A DNA stretch of 64,000 nt, taken from NCBI GenBank assembly GCA_038496445.1, contig JALMLS010000015.1, positions 682,001 to 746,000 on the forward strand, given 5' to 3'. The position numbers and the translations under genes were made by a program. The stretch is from Trichosphaerium sp. ATCC 40318. Lineage: Eukaryota > Protista > Tubulinea. Positions 24,344 through 35,580 of this stretch are shown here, in pieces (positions within the stretch are counted from its first letter, which is position 1; every line of letters starts with the position of its first letter). A model generated the notes under the pieces. It saw only the letters and a program-made list of their open reading frames with translations. It was not told the origin of the DNA and searched no databases.

Positions 24344-27282
24344 AAGGGAGTACAGGTGTTGTTGGCATTCGCAATATTGTTTTACAAAGGTTTTTTATTT
24401 CGTTGGTGTTATTACTAACAACGTAGTAGTGTACACACAAATACCACCCATAGATCAATTTTTTGATTCTAGTGGAATACTTAAATTACCAAACGTAACA
24501 TTGGTTAAAGCACCAGTCATGGGCGGTGTGGAAACATTCACTACAACGTATTTTATTTTCGCTGCTGAGGGAATCACTGGTGAGTGTTAAGCATAATTTT
24601 TCGAGTTATATGTTTATTAAATTGATATTATATTAGGCGGACTGGAGGAAGGAATAGTACTTCGAGTGACAACTCTAGATGGTTCTAAACTCTTATTTGA
24701 TATTTTTGTATTTCGCTTACTACTGTACAGATTGGCTTGCTGGGAATCTAACGTTTGCGCCTGTATTGTTGCAAGGCATCACATCGCCTTGTCTGACCTT
24801 CACAGTTAACAGACGTGGTCCTCTAACGTTTGCTATGTTTCATAAAATCGGAATGGCCTATGCTGTTAAATTCCTCAGCCTCAATTTAGCATTGAAGGTG
24901 CATACAACTATTTTTCTGAATCGTCTTTTTGAAGGCCCCAAAGGTTTGCCTTTATGAAGGCTGTCACTTTACAGCACAGAATGTTTTACTGAGTATTTGG
25001 TTGGTGCCTATAAACGAGCGAAAAGTGTTGTTTCCTTTAAATGAAGAGCGAAAAACTGTTTGTGGCTTAGCGAACATACTCACGTGTATATTTAGATCAT
25101 TTCAGAAGATTCAGAATTTATGTTTCCAGCTGTAGACTCTTTTAATGTGAAATCATACACATTCTTCGCGAGTTATGGTATGATGAAATAATGATTTAGG
25201 CTCTAACTTTGTGTTAGGTTATTACTTTGTAGATTTTCATTTTTTCGAAGGCGATTTGGCAGATACATATGATTTAATCAAATCAACAGAACCTGTACTA
25301 CGTACTTTATAAACCAAAAATACCGTTGATAGTGTCCGTAAACTTACTGTATATGGCTACATAGGTGATATAGATGTGGGTGCAATAGATTCAGCGTTTG
25401 CAGCACTTGCTTCTACGTGTTTTCTTCATGCATCAATAAATGAGATTGGAAAGAATATCAAGTTCACATTCTCTGATACGTTTCAACAGAACGTGCGTAT
25501 TTGACAACCATATTTATCAAGTGCTAACATTAATTCTAGAATGCTACACAATACGTATTGAACCAAACCGATGATATTACAAAGATAGTGTTCCTTAAGT
25601 ATAATCCATTTATACAATCTTTTGTGATTCAAATAGAGACAGCCTTGGGTTTAACAGTTACAGCACTATTTGACGTGTCCATTATAGACTGCGACTTTGC
25701 ATTTGTTTCAGAAGTGCATCAATCACCACCCAATACAGCGCCATCAACTGTAGTAAGCACTATTGATATATATACAACGTTAGTATCTCCATTCTTGTAC
25801 TTGCGCTATGATAGTGACAATGATACTATGATGTTTTCTTCTACTCCGCAACTGGTACATCTTCAGCAGTAATACAAAACTAAAGATTGAACAGGATGAT
25901 CCTTTAACAAAGAACGTGCCAAGCGTTGAAACCATTTACCCATCAGTGTTAGAAGGTATTCTCGACAGAAACAGCTGCAAACTTGTTGTAAGCCTTCGCT
26001 AATTTCTATTTCTGACTTACATAAAACAAAAGGTATTACTGGCAGACATGGAAGATTTTGTTGCCTTTATTGAATTTCGTATAAACTTGTTTCCTTGTAC
26101 TTGTACGAAGTTGTTTTATTTGACATATATGCATTAAATGTATCTAGCAAGTACTCCAGCTCCTGCAAGCCTACCGCCTCTTACAGCTGAACCTGTTTCT
26201 CCAACTGCTGTGACTGTTGTGCCAACACCTCAGCCAAGTATTCCGCCTATTGCTCCACCGACTACAGAGCCTCCAACACCGAATATACCTGTTGGACCTC
26301 CGTCATCAAACCCTTTTCCAGATGTACGCTTTTGCAACCGTCGTTATATTAATGTTTGTTGTTAGATTGAGCCTCGACTTGATTGTATCTTAGAAGTAGG
26401 CAACACCTTCACTTTAATTCTTGGATGGAATACACTGGTACCATTTTCTTGATCGTATACGATTTGTAAACAAAAAAGTGACACCTTGAAGGATACACAA
26501 GCAATTATGGTTGAAAGAGGAGAAAATAATATGATGACTGCTGGTGGTGTATCAATAACAACTCAGCCAACTTCTTTTGCTGGAACTGCCCCGTTTTATC
26601 CTGCGTCAGGACAGTTTAGATTCGACTTCTCAGGTGGGTCAGGCATGTGGATTCTCGGAAGAGGAGTGATCAACTTTGATAGTTCTGATCCAGATACAAG
26701 GTGTATTACTGATGGTACGATTTTCCCAACACATCCTTAACCTCAATATCACTTTTTAGAGGCATCAGTTGCTTTGACAATCAACGAAGCATTTCCTTTG
26801 GATGACAATACTCTCACTGGTATTCAAAATGAAGTTTCAAAAGGAATGGGTATTGATCCAAACATCACAGAAGTAACTCAACAACCAGTTACAAACAAAC
26901 GTCAGGCAAGCACAACTGTTACTGTCACTGTTGCATGTACGTTAAGTTCTATACTTCGTTGTACATGTTCTCATGTATATTTGTAGCAACAAGTACCGTT
27001 CAATCTACAAGCGTTGTTGCAAACTTCATAAACAATGCTACTTTGGTATCACAGACTACAACTAACATAGAGACATCAGTCAATGTTATGGTTGAGGTAG
27101 GACAAGAGCAAAAAATTCGTTAACTTACGCGTTTTGTCTTCATTTAGGATGTCTCTACTCCTGCACCTTCAACCGTTGTACAAAGCACAGATAGACCTTT
27201 ACCACCTGTGGCAACACCAAGCAGCTTTATGATTTTAGAACCTGACTTTATAATTGGGATTCTTATTTTATATTTTATTTAA
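24341..27282 (+). CDS. Surface-protein family member G4, module B (GPI-type C-terminus)
   Basis: Start MKGVQVLLAFAILFYK. Head IPPIDQFFDSSGIL..., Pro-rich stalk, RLDCILE...GGSGMWILGRGVINFDSSDPDTRCITD, NKRQAS. Ends PSSFMILEPDFIIGILILYFI* with no cytosolic tail. Confidence 0.8.
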
Positions 27283-27671
27283 ATCATCACGTGTTTAAAA
27301 TAACATCTTCCATCTAAACAAACTATCTAAATACATTTCTGTGGAGCTCCATTCAACTTAATCACAAACCAAACCTTTCTTTTTGATGATATTTAATGTT
27401 AAGCGAACAAGAATTTTATGACTTGAATTGCCAATTAAATTAAATATGTCACGGAACTGTATATTCGCGAAACTATTTCGCAATAAGCATGATACTATTT
27501 TTCTAAACTTGTACACTATCGTTTTAGTGATTGACAACAGTGTAAGTTGCTTTGTGTATATATTGGCTATAATGAAGTTGTTGAAATCCCAATCCTTTTT
27601 TTTGAGAACGACACCTTGAAAAACTTCCAGTATACTCTCAACTTTCACACTGGTGTATTGTCGAAAGGCAT

Positions 27672-28370
27672 AGTATGTCCGTCCTAATAGCCTTGACCCA
27701 AATAGTCATATCAACCCGTGAACAATCTCAACCACATAGAAATAGAAATATCCGAAGAACAAACAGCAGATTTTTAAATTTAGGATAACGCGTTTGGGTT
27801 TCGCAACAGAAAGATATACGATTCCCCTGCCCTTGTTAGAATATCTATACCTACCGATGAAGCACCTGCAACAGCTGTAAACACGAAAGATATATCACAA
27901 GTATCTCCTTTCATCTATATTCACTTCAACGAAAGTACAAGTAAAATCAAAGGTATTGCTATCAAGAAGCAAAATACACTGCCTTTATACAAACAACACT
28001 TTACTACAGCCAACTGTTGCATCACTCCCAAGCTCTATGCCATCGGTTCTTATTGTTCCTTCCACTCTTTCGCCTGTAGATCCATCTATATTTCCAACTG
28101 CGCCAAACAAAACAGTTGAGTGTAGAAATAGTTCTTGTATTCAATGCAATCCAATGACCACATGCGTCATTGAAACGAATGTTGTTGTACCATCTGATAC
28201 TACTGTGAGCATAATAGCGCCTACAGTGATCGGTGATTTCATAAACAAAGGTGAAGTGATTCTAGTATTCGATGATGAAACAACTCCTACTCTTTCTGTA
28301 AAAGGTATTGTCGTATAATGTAATCACCGTATTTACTTTTTTCTTGTATCTAGGATGCTTAGTGATAATG
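27672..28370 (+). pseudogene. Collapsed G1/G7-type copy (G5) with several internal deletions
   Basis: A G1-type promoter joins directly to the hypervariable head segment, then to the stalk and Cys-rich exon (27956-28318 ORF), and stops after GCLVI. Confidence 0.75.
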
Positions 28371-28608
28371 TGAGCTGAGAGTATGACGACTATTGATAGA
28401 GTTTGATAAAGATCAAACATAGGAATATTTTTTGATTAATGTTAATCAAACCGTGTAAAACAAGTCATTCTTTAACTAGTACATGGTTGAATAACAAAAA
28501 GATGAGTGTACAAAACATACAAAGTATAATGGAATGTTGAGGGGTTTATTGGTGAAACAATAAACGAGTTTATACAGCCTCTGCGTTCTGTGTGTACATA
28601 GCTGTTGA

Positions 28609-28923
28609 TTAATCTCTGCATGTATAGAATTCATTGCCTTGAATAGTTATTTTAGCACCACCACAGCCTCGTGCGTAGCATGGCCTGCATTTTTTAGAAC
28701 TTGTTTTTGCTTCTACACCAGGATACTCCTTTTGTGGGCAATGATCGATTTTCTGCCTACATAGTTGACGTCCGTTGTGAACTAAACTTCATTAAAACAA
28801 AAACACAAAAGCGAGTTCTAAAGACATACAGTATTTCCTGGAGCATTTATAATCACAGCCTGAATCTGATTTGACAATGCATAGCAAGCAAAGAAATGCA
28901 GCGAAGAGTAGTAGGAGTTTCAT
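28609..28923 (-). CDS. Secreted 6-Cys cationic peptide, copy P2 (altered splice sites; possibly a pseudogene)
   Basis: Signal MKLLLLFAAFLCLLCIVKSDSG. Exon 2 encodes (LV)HNGRQLCRQKIDHCPQKEYPGVEAKTSSKKCRPCYARGCGGAKITIQGNEFYTCRD*. The ancestral GT donor reads AT here. Confidence 0.65.
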
Positions 28924-29551
28924 TTTTAAGGGTGTAGTTGTTTGTATTGTTGGTGTTAAAGAACAATGCTAACTTAAGTGAGATATTATCTATTTTACGT
29001 TTGTGATTTCTTAATAACTTACTATTCACTTCTACGCTCATTGGGGTACCCAAAGAAGTGAATAGAATTATAAATGATACAAGTTAAATATCGGGTAAAT
29101 AGTTACTACCGGACAAACTGCAAAAAACACGTGCACCGGAAAGGTAGTTTTATGATTGACGCCTTTGGGTAGGCACTTAGGGAGGACATCCAGTGCCACG
29201 ATTGAGGGCACAACCAACCCTAGACTTTTTTTTCTGAAGCTCATAGAAAATTGGTTAGCGACTTTATCGGTTATGACAATTCGTAACCGGTTCGGTTGTG
29301 GTTATGGTGAAGATGAAAGTTGTTGGCTTCACCCCTCCGGCGCACGTGTTTTTGCAGTTTGTCCGGTAGTAACTATTTCTCCGATATTTAACTTGTATCA
29401 TTTATAATTCTATTCACTTCTTTGGGTACCCCAATGAGCGTAGAAGTTAATAGTAAGTTATTAAGAAATCACAAACGTAAAATAGATAATATCTCACTTA
29501 AATTAGCATTGTTCTTCAACACCAACAATACAAACAACTACACCCTTAAAA

Positions 29552-29857
29552 ATGAAACTCCTACTACTCTTCGCTGCATTTCTTTGCTTGCTATGCATTG
29601 TCAAATCAGATTCAGGCTGTAATGGTAAATGCTCCAGGAAATACTGTATGTCTTTAGAACTCGCTTGTGTGTTTTGTTTTAATAAAGGTTTAGTTTACAA
29701 TGGAGCTCAACTATGTAAGCAGAAAACCAATCATTGCCCAAAAAAGGAGTATCCTGGTGTAGAAGCAAAAACAAGTTCTAAAAAATGCGAGTCATGCGGT
29801 TCACGAGGCTGTACTGGTAAAATAGTTGTTCAAGGCAATAGTTTCTTGCAATGCTAA
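29552..29857 (+). CDS. Secreted 6-Cys cationic peptide, copy P3 (one ~63-nt intron)
   Basis: MKLLLLFAAFLCLLCIVKSDSGCNG/LVYNGAQLCKQKTNHCPKKEYPGVEAKTSSKKCESCGSRGCTGKIVVQGNSFLQC*. Confidence 0.82.
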   Translation: MKLLLLFAAFLCLLCIVKSDSGCNGKCSRKYCMSLELACVFCFNKGLVYNGAQLCKQKTNHCPKKEYPGVEAKTSSKKCESCGSRGCTGKIVVQGNSFLQC

Positions 29858-30391
29858 ACTTAACCACAGCTTGTTTATAGTTTCGCCAATAAACCCCTCA
29901 ACATTCCATTATACTTTGTATGTTTTGTATACACTCATCTTTTTGTTATTCAAACCATGTACTAGTTAAAGAATGACTTGTTTTTACTGTTTGATTAACA
30001 TCAAATATACACGGTGATGTATGTTCACCCAATTGCCTCTACAGTCAGATCCAGTTAATTTGTGTTCACATTTTTTGTAAGCGCTTTGTCAAAGTGCGTA
30101 TGTCTGTTATAACAGAGCACTTACTGTAGTTTAACATTCTATTCCCAGAACGACATGTGATAGCAACAAGTACATTCATTCCATTCTGTGGAGCCTCATA
30201 CAAATTCCTCTACAGCACTGGGTTTATGGCGGCAGAAAAGTAAGGTTAAGCTAACGCTAATAAAACTGACAAGATGCTAAGTTATTTATTTCACACTTAG
30301 AACTGAACAATAGAGCCATTCGTTCTACAGATACATTTACACATGATAAAGCATTAATATGACAGGTGTGAACCACATACAACAATTGTCC

Positions 30392-31309
30392 CTACTTGTG
30401 CTCTCCTTCTCGCTTATCATTGATATAACAACATTGTTCTTGCAATTGGCCATTGTCATTCCAATACTTGTACTCTCCCTGCCGCTCACCATTGATGTAA
30501 TAGCATTGTTCTTTCAATTGGCCATTTTCATACCAATACTTGTACTCTCCTTGCCGCTTACCATTGATGTAATAGCATTGTTCTTTCAATTGACAATTAT
30601 CAGTAGTGAAAGGCATATCATTGTTGTAGTAAAACAGTTTCCTATGGTACCAACATTTGTATTCTCCTTCCCGAATATCATTGATGTAATAACATTGTTC
30701 TTTCAATTGGCCAATATAATACCAATACTTGAACTCCCCATACAACTTATCATTGATGTAATAACACTGTTTCTTACGCTGCCCATTTGAATACCAACAC
30801 TTGTACTCGCCTTCTAGCTTATCATTGACAAAATGGTACTGCTCTTGCAATTGGCCAACAAAACTCCACCTACTATACTCTCCTTCTTGCTTATCATTAG
30901 AGTAGTAGCACCGCTTCTTCGATAGGCCTAAGCCAAACCACGTGCGCACTCCTTCCAATTTACCATTTATGTATTGGTGCTCGCTATCTAAATCACCGTT
31001 TATTCCCCACTCTGTGCGTGTTCCATGACGCAGACCGTGCCTGAAATACTCTCGTACTTTCAGTTGACAGCTATAATTATAGTGATATTGTACCCACTTT
31101 CCATGTTTTTCCAGGGCGCTGTCAAACCTTGTCAATGCTGTGTACCTTGATAAAAGCGGCCACTTGACATAAACTTCAAAGTCTAAATCTAAAATATCAA
31201 GTTGCAGCTCAACTGGGAGGTACGATATACCACAATGATCCACTTTTTTGGTATAACTCTGATATGTCACTAGTGTGATAGACGTAACTACCTTGTGTGT
31301 TAATTCCAT
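30392..31309 (-). CDS. Intronless MORN-variant repeat (YwqK-like) protein with N-terminal F-box-like motif
   Basis: 305-aa open frame. SYLPVELQLDIL is followed by about 8 repeats of the ~24-aa unit EGEYKxWYxNGQLKEQCYYINxK. Confidence 0.85.
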   Translation of the reverse strand: MELTHKVVTSITLVTYQSYTKKVDHCGISYLPVELQLDILDLDFEVYVKWPLLSRYTALTRFDSALEKHGKWVQYHYNYSCQLKVREYFRHGLRHGTRTEWGINGDLDSEHQYINGKLEGVRTWFGLGLSKKRCYYSNDKQEGEYSRWSFVGQLQEQYHFVNDKLEGEYKCWYSNGQRKKQCYYINDKLYGEFKYWYYIGQLKEQCYYINDIREGEYKCWYHRKLFYYNNDMPFTTDNCQLKEQCYYINGKRQGEYKYWYENGQLKEQCYYINGERQGEYKYWNDNGQLQEQCCYINDKREGEHK

Positions 31310-31984
31310 TTGGTTTTATATTCAAATAGCCCTTTATCATTCATTGATTATTAGCAGCGTAGTAATGACATGCTGTTAAAGAGCGTTAATATAAATTCTT
31401 TGAATATAACCTAAATAACACAATCACGTGTACAGCTTATTGTTGACCCTTGCTAAGTCGTTTCGGATAATCTTAGTTGAGCACCATGTGCGTTTTACGA
31501 TAAGTTGTGCGTTCAGTCAATCAAGGTCATACTGTAATTGTTGAGTTCTTGACTAAACGTGATTCTGTGCTTGATTTAATGCACTGGATACCTAACATTT
31601 TAGGTCTTCACGAAGAACAATATTGTTTACGTTAATTTGTGATTGTTTTTTTCATTACACTTGAATGAAATTATTACGCCTTCCATTGGCGCTTGGTCTT
31701 TGACAGCAAGTGAAAGTGGAGAAAAGAGATGTTTTTATTAACGCAGAAAAGAAAAAATAAAAAATGTGAACAACTGCAAAGCTTTGCTGACTCATAAAAT
31801 TTCAACCTGAGTATTTATTTTGCCACGTGCTTAGAGTAGCAAGAAACGAAACAGTAGCACCAGATACAAAACATTCAGAACCGAATATCCACGCTACTGC
31901 AAAAGCACACTGAAGTTGTACGCCAAATACAATGAAACATGAACCAATCATATACCTTGAACAACATTAATGAAAAGCGGTATC

Positions 31985-32515
31985 TCTTACATCGAGATGT
32001 GTTGCTAATAACATATAGAGTACCAGAGGAAGGTATATTACTCCGAGTGACAAACATTGAAGGTAATTAAACCTTATTGTATTACTATTCACTTCGCTTA
32101 CCACAGATTGCCTCGCTGATAATCACACGTTTGCACCTTTGTTCATTCCAAGTATTGATCTCACTGTTTAAACTGATACGAGCGATTCTCTAACGTTTGC
32201 TATGCTTCACAAAACCGAAATGGACTTTGCTGTTACATTCTTTAACATAAATCTAGCAGCGCAGGTGCCATATCAATCTTTCTATAATCCGCGCTCACAT
32301 GCTTCTTGGAACATTTCAGTCAATTCAACAGTTGTGGTTCCAAATGTAGACTATGGCACTGTGAAATCATACACATTCCTCTCAAGATTAGGTACGACAA
32401 AACTATGATTTAGGCTCTAACGATAACATGTGTCATTGAATCAGATATTATCATCACTCCTGATACCAATGTGACTGTAAGTGCCTACAGTGATCAATAT
32501 ACTTGCTAGGGCAAT
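31985..32515 (+). pseudogene. Collapsed G2-type copy (G6)
   Basis: G2/G14-class head exons (LRVTNIE, FAMLHKT, SYTFLSRL) jump to the module-A segment TCVIESDIIITPDT and then to the G1-type upstream region. Confidence 0.7.
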
Positions 32516-32685
32516 TTCATTCAACTGTCTACAACCGACTAGCCTGAAATATGGTTAGAAAGTAGTAAGAGCTTGATAGGATCGTTGCTTTAAATGTTGG
32601 TGTGTACGCGCTAACAGTCTTGACCAAATAGTCATATCAACACGTGAACAATCTCAACACATAGAAATATATGAAGAACAAACAG

Positions 32686-35264
32686 ATGTTTAGTTATGTT
32701 GTGTGTATTATGATGTACTCAATCGTATTATCAATACCTGGTAATGAAACTAATATAGTTAGACATAGATACTGATTTATTTTATTTTGTAGCAGCGTTC
32801 GCGTCAACACCGCCGTTAGATGAGTTTTTTGAGTCGCGTCAGATATTACAAGGTCCTGGAATATCGTCAATCGGTGTATCGAATATGGGCTGTTTAGAAA
32901 CACGTGACACCACATACTATATCTTCGCAGCGAACGCAGGTGCACCTGAAATAAAAATTACACTCTAAATATTACACTCTTTTTACCTGCTTTGTAGTGT
33001 TTGCTATTCCCGGTATAACTATATCAGTGACTACCATTGATGGTACGCAAAGAGCATGTTTTATTTTTACTTATCTATTGGCAATAGATTGGCTTGCTGG
33101 CAACCAAACGTTCACGCCTTTCTTCATTCCAGGCGTTAGAGAACCCAAGTTAACCAATGCTGTCGACCTAAACGATTATCCAAGCTTTGTTGTGATGCAT
33201 AGAAACGAAACTAGCTTTGGGGCAATGTTCTTGAGCCTAGATGTGCCAGCGAAGGTTCCAAGAAATTCCTTTCTTCGCGTCACTTGTTGACAGGGTTTTT
33301 ATTTTAGTCGATTTTGATAAATTCTACCGTTTCATTTGAAGGTCAAGCAGATTTTGCAACATCATACACATTCGTGTCGAATACAGGTGCAAATCTAAAC
33401 AATAGATGTTGAAGATGACAAGGTTTAGGTCGATATTTTGTTCATTTTATTAACACAGAGGAGAGTACAGAAAAGATGTTTGAGATTCATCAATATAAAG
33501 AACCAACACTCATTCGCGGCACACTATCTTGTCAAGTGTTCAATCCACTTACTTAATGTAGATGGAAATAATACAGCATTAGATTCGACATTCTCAATCG
33601 TCAAACTAATACAAACTTACTTATATCTATATCAGATGCGCGCTTATGAAAATAATGTGACATTTCAAATCTTTAATACATCTGGGCAAAGCGTTGTACG
33701 TTCTTATATTTGACAAAATAGTACTAATGAGTTCAGCTTAGGGAGGAGTACGCAACTATTTTCGATATGTTCAAAACAGGAATAGTATCCATTAAATTCG
33801 TTGAGTTTAATTCAGATGCTTCTGCTGTTTTGCAAATACTCCTAGAAACAGGAATTTCTGTTACAACACAATTCAAACTTGCAACGTTAGGAATAGGAAT
33901 GACACAAATATTGGCAATTGCGACCGTAGACGAGGTCGAATATTGTGCGCCTGTTGATGAAGCACCTGCAACAGCTGTAAACACGCAAGATATATCACAA
34001 GTCGCTCCTTTCATCTATATTCACTTCAACGAAAGTACAAGTACAGTATCATTTTCCTCAAGTCCACAAATGGTATTGCCAATACGCAAACTTTTGGAGT
34101 TAACATGTTATGTAGAATAACACATTACAGAAGGAAATAACAACTCAAAATGGTAATCTAACAGTAATCCAAGGCATTCTTGACAAACAATACTGCCTTC
34201 TTGTTGTACGTCGTTTACTTTTTCTTCCATTGTTATTAACTCTCAGCATCAAAGGTATTGCTATCATCAGAAACAAACCAATACACTGCTTTTATTCAAT
34301 CACATGATTATTTATTTAATTGTTGTACGTAACTTTCGGGCAGTTCAGTGTTAATTATTATCAAAGCCACGATTAGCACTTCGCCACCAACAATGTTTCC
34401 ATCAGTGCCAACATCTATTCCGTCGGTTCATAGTGCTCCTTCTACCCTTACGCCTGTATCTCCATCTATGTATCCGTCAGCGCCAAGCTCTTTTCCGTCA
34501 TTTCATATTGCTCCTTCCATGCTTACGCCCATGTCTTCAAACACAACATTTGTTTGTGTGAATAGCTCTTGTCTTAAATGTGACTCAATGACAACTTGTG
34601 TGGTTGATTCAGATATTATTATCACTCCTGATACCATTGTGACTGTAAGTGCGCCTACTGTGATCGAAGGCGATTTCACAAACAAAGGTGAAGTGATTCT
34701 AGTATTCGATGATGAAACAACTCCCATTCTTACTGTAAAAGGTATATTATTGTAAAGTATTGTAATCTATTACAATGTAATAAATGTATTTAGGATGCTT
34801 AGTGATACTACCAAATAGTTCATTTGTGATTGATGTATCAGGAGTGGACACATCATCTGATAAAGAGATCAATGCTATTTCATCACCTTGTATAAATGGG
34901 ACTGTTCAAGTAATCACTCGTGATTGTGTTGATCATGAACAACAACTTTTGTCAACTGGGCTTGTATTGCTTATCATAGCAGGAGAATGCTCCAGTGATA
35001 GCACCACAATAGCAATATCACTTGGAGTAACATTTGGATTCTTATTGGTAAGTTGTCTTTGTAACTCGTTGGAAACATTTCTACTTACTTGTGATTTAAA
35101 AGATTTTGGTAGTGATAATCGTAGCTGTGTTTGTCTTTCGACCTCTAAGAAAGGTAATTGTACCTTGGTCTCTCAGAACACCAAAAGAACAGCTTGCCAT
35201 GAACCAAGTAAATAACTCAGCCTTAACATTTCGTTTCAAAAATAATAAAAGCTACAACCTGTGA
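32686..35264 (+). CDS. Surface-protein family member G7, module A (TM); inverted paralogue of G1
   Basis: Same exon structure as G1, and ORFs 32997-33290 and 34784-35215 match G1 ORFs. One intron has a GC donor (33519). A 1-nt deletion at the G1 stop extends the tail to ...SALTFRFKNNKSYNL*. Confidence 0.8.
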
Positions 35265-35339
35265 CAGCAGTTTTTCCACAATAAACTCACAGCTTTTCTT
35301 TATTTGCCTACAATAATTATGCCTGTATAATAAACAAGG

Positions 35340-35385
35340 TAAACTTCAAAGTCTAAATCTAAATTGCAGCTCAAGTGGAAGGCAC
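35340..35385 (-). pseudogene. Tiny remnant of the F-box-MORN gene
   Basis: taaacttcaaagtctaaatctaaa..ttgcagctcaa matches 31170-31212. Confidence 0.55.
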
Positions 35386-35580
35386 AATAACAACAAATTT
35401 CCCATTTACAATGTCAAGGGGTATCATTGAATACACTATCTCTTTGGGTGTTTTTTGAACATAGCTTAGATGAAATCACGTGTACCGTTTTTTTCTCATG
35501 AATACCGAAATAAAATGTGAAGTTCTTGTGCATGGTTTTCTCTTATCGAATTTAAACTGTACAAACAAGGCTCAAGGCAA

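Larger units (their letters stand above)
28439..30002. repeat. Inverted repeat: arms about 28439-29140 and 29336-30002, spacer about 195 bp, carrying peptide genes P2 and P3 head-to-head
   Basis: ORF-track entries 28853-29053(-) and 29422-29622(+) translate identically. Arm ends atgttaatcaaac.../...gtttgattaacat are reverse complements. Confidence 0.9.

Noticed and set aside
27358-27648. 96-aa minus-strand ORF between G4 and G5
   Set aside because: No recognisable motif, ATG start or splice structure; cannot be supported as a gene.
29422-29622. Thrice-repeated MGT(P/S)MSVEVNSK ORF (also 20452-20643 and 28853-29053)
   Set aside because: TTG-started alternate frame over the peptide promoter and signal exon; its conservation reflects recent duplication.
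30359-30790. Hydrophobic repetitive 143-aa ORF on the plus strand
   Set aside because: Antisense shadow of the MORN repeats.
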